Below, piece by piece: positions 61,298 through 64,000 of a DNA stretch of 64,000 nucleotides. This DNA comes from Lepidodermella squamata (lineage: Eukaryota > Animalia > Gastrotricha). The notes under the pieces are model-generated. The model did not search any database and was not told where the DNA came from. It saw only the letters and a program-made list of their open reading frames with translations. Position numbers and translations under genes: made by a program. Where the stretch lies: contig JBLDXI010000015.1 in assembly GCA_047495785.1 (NCBI GenBank), positions 2,418,001 through 2,482,000 of the forward strand, read 5' to 3'. Each line of letters opens with the position of its first letter. Position 1 is the first letter of the stretch.

Positions 61298-61901
61298 GCG
61301 AGTAGATTTTATTTGTATAAAATATTATAAAATGCAAATTGTTCTCTTTTGTCGTTTTGCTCTTATTATCGCTGTACTATAGCGCTTTTTTGTTTCGCAA
61401 ATAGCGTGGATGCGAAAAAACTGGATCTAAAAATGAAAGAAATAAAATAACTTGTCAAGTTGTCTTACCTTATCGGAAATCAGCTAAACATTTTTGCGCG
61501 AGTAAGGATGACCTCGCGCATAACTGAAGAGTCATATTTCTTTATCTCTAGACGAATGTCGTAAATCGTAAAGTGAAAGCATTTTATTATCCAGGATATG
61601 GAGGCGCGATGTGAATGCAAACTTTCGCGTACATTTCGTGACTTTTGGGCTATGTAGACGAGGGCCAGCGTAGGCAATGTCTGTCAAAGTCTAACGATGA
61701 TGCATGCACTCTCCTCAGATAAAAATGCTCAAATCCAATCTACTCAAATTGAAATTTTATTTCGAGGTTTGCCATTAAATACAAGGTTCTTCTTAAAACT
61801 CAAAATTGATTCAAGCCAAGTGTCGTTTTAATCAACTTGAAAGGCGCTATCAGTTTTCGAAAAACGACATCACACCTAGCAATTTTTCATTTCAAAATAA
61901 A

Positions 61902-64000
61902 ATGTTCCGATATTCGACTTTGCTATTGCTGGCGATTGGAGCGTCAGCAAAACCTTTCACCCTCGAAATGCTGAGTCTAATGCCACTAACAGGCCAAGAA
62001 CCGTCAGATGCTAGAGCCTGTAAAGCCGCATCTCAAGTCGTCATCGACACAGTCAATTCAAAGCCAGAATTCCTGCCCGATTATCACATCGAATTAAAGG
62101 TGAAAGACGAGGGCAGAAGTGCTCAAAAAGCTCCGCAGAGTTTCGTCGAATTTCTACGTGATTTTGAAAATTCCCCTAAAAATCGAACCTACATAGCCCC
62201 GGTTGTAGTCGGCACGTCGATCGCATGTCAAAGTAAGCTTATTTTATTTTCGAATTACAATTTTTCCACCTTAATTTTTCAGGTGTTGCTTTCACTGTTC
62301 GAATGAATAAATTTGTCCAATTCGCCGAGGGCTGTACCGGGCCGTTTTTGATAGGCCGCCGCTATCTTTATTCAACCTTATACCGAGTTCAAATGCCATA
62401 CGAAAATCTCGCCGTTGCCACTGTCCTTTTCATGAAAAATGTCGGCAAATGGCGACAAGCTGGAATTTTCACATTTTCGCCCAATGCAAACGACTACATG
62501 CTAGCCCAAACTACGCAGCGATTGATGATCGAAAATCAGATCGATGTGTTGTACTACACCAGTGAAGACGATGTGACTGAAGCAACAATGGCGGCTATCA
62601 AGGAAAGCGGCGTGAGATTCGTTGTTTTGGCTCACAGCCAAGTTCCACTTTTCGTCAAATTTCTCTGCCTGAGTTACATTGCGGAAATGCGGGCGCCAAA
62701 CTACGTGTTCACGGCTAATTTTTACACATATTTTTCGGCAGATAGCGCCGCGTTATTACTACCACATGGTTGTAGCCGAGAAATGGTGACTGAACAGTTG
62801 AAAATAACGTTTTACATCGGTGGCTGGTTGGGTGCGACAAGAAATTTCGGGAAATCGTGGCTCGGTTACGATTTACCGTGGTTTGAAAGCCGTGTTTTGG
62901 ACATTTTGAATAACACGCGGGTCCCTGACTATCCTCAACGGCATTTGTGCCACGATGCGACTATGGCGGCGGTTTATACGCTTCATAACACGGATTTGGC
63001 GCTAAAATCTCGATTCAATGCGTCGATTCGTGATTTTGGGACGCACCCGGACTTGGTACAAGCCATTGCCAACCAATCAGCGGCTTCGATTGATTTTCAA
63101 GGTTGGAAATTTGACTCGATGAGAATTTCGAATAATTAAAAAAAAAAATCGATTATGGTGCGAAATTTCAGATTATGCCTCTCATTTTTTGCGATTTGAA
63201 CTCATTTTTTAAGGATAAAATATGGGGTAGATTTTAAAACTTGAAAACAAATTGTTTATCCTTTAGAAACAATATAACCATAAAAGTTGTCAAGCAACTA
63301 AAATTTAAAATTAAATTAAATTAAATTTCAAAAGTTTGAATTTTAAGTTTTAACCGAAATTAAAAAAACTTAATTTTTTGTTTAAATTTAGGCCTCCGAA
63401 TCGGCCAGCTTAAATATTCCGAACGGCTCGAACTTGACAGCGAAGAAATGTGGATAATTCAGTGGCTGAATGGCACCGTTCGGTTCGCCTACAAAGTCGA
63501 GCGAAAATCTTCCGACTACCGAACCGTCCTGAACACCACGACCTACAACCTAGTCAAATCAGAAGGCGCTGTTTGGTTCACAAAATCAGGCCAGCCACCA
63601 AAAGATTTGACAGAAATTACTCTTATCGAGAAACGTTTTCCGCTTCTCTTCGTCGGCATTGTCATCGCAATCGCAGTTTTAGTGACTGGAATTCAAATTT
63701 TCACGGCGCTTAATGCAATCTTAAATAGCGATCTGATGAATTTTCTATTTTTCTTCGACTTGCCCACTAATTTAACTGCCTTTTTCGGCTATTTCACGCT
63801 GAACATCGGCGCAGTTGTCTTCGCCCTGGAGGCGTCAATATACCGCGAAAAATTATGCCTAATCCAGCCGATTTTTCTCGTCATCGGAATTTCTGCATGC
63901 AACGGTGTGTTGCTGTCGAGAATAACCGCCCTTCACCACATGTCGAAAGCCATAGCTAAGCGCTACTTGGCAAATCGATCAGTTATCAATTTAATTGCAA
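61902..64000 (+). CDS. Divergent GABA-B-like class C GPCR, copy C (exons 61902-62232, 62283-63101, 63392->64000; 3' end outside window)
   Basis: Signal peptide and VNSKPEFLPDY. Two phase-1 GT-AG introns join in frame. Exon 3 reads GLRIGQLKYSERLELD...W...GQPPKD then TM1-TM3, homologous to copies A/B (GLRAGFTKYSSRIELD). Confidence 0.87.

Noticed and set aside
1-64000. Species or phylum identification
   Set aside because: Short AT-rich introns and the gene content indicate a compact animal genome, but nothing in the window is diagnostic of a taxon.

Overview
Eukaryotic (animal, probably compact invertebrate) genomic DNA with short, mostly GT-AG introns. The ORF track cuts most genes at introns and uses non-ATG starts, so gene models were re-spliced by eye. 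No rRNA, true tRNA or CRISPR. (1) 1-24.5 kb is a ~13.2-kb tandem duplication. Each unit holds an intronless GABA-B-like class C GPCR, two genes for a PB1/ubiquitin-like + Myb-like protein, and cysteine-rich peptide genes. (2) 7.5-39 kb is a birth-and-death array of at least 14 copies (8 apparently intact, 6 broken) of a two-exon secreted peptide gene. The product has a signal peptide, a hypervariable spacer, an 8-Cys core (H-F/Y-x-x-L-W-C-x4-C-x9/10-C-x-C-x-C-x4/5-C-x10/11-C-x-C-x-R-P) spaced like CXCXC/VEGF heparin-binding domains, and a variable Trp-rich tail. The copies share a conserved promoter. (3) 41-59.5 kb has one multipass membrane gene and seven co-oriented minus-strand coiled-coil genes in paralogous groups, one with an AT-hook. 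(4) From 61.9 kb there is a third, intron-containing, divergent GABA-B-like GPCR. Many MITEs, a TA-flanked composite DNA transposon and a tRNA-derived SINE are interspersed, several inside array members. Family assignments come from motif recognition only; no database search was run.
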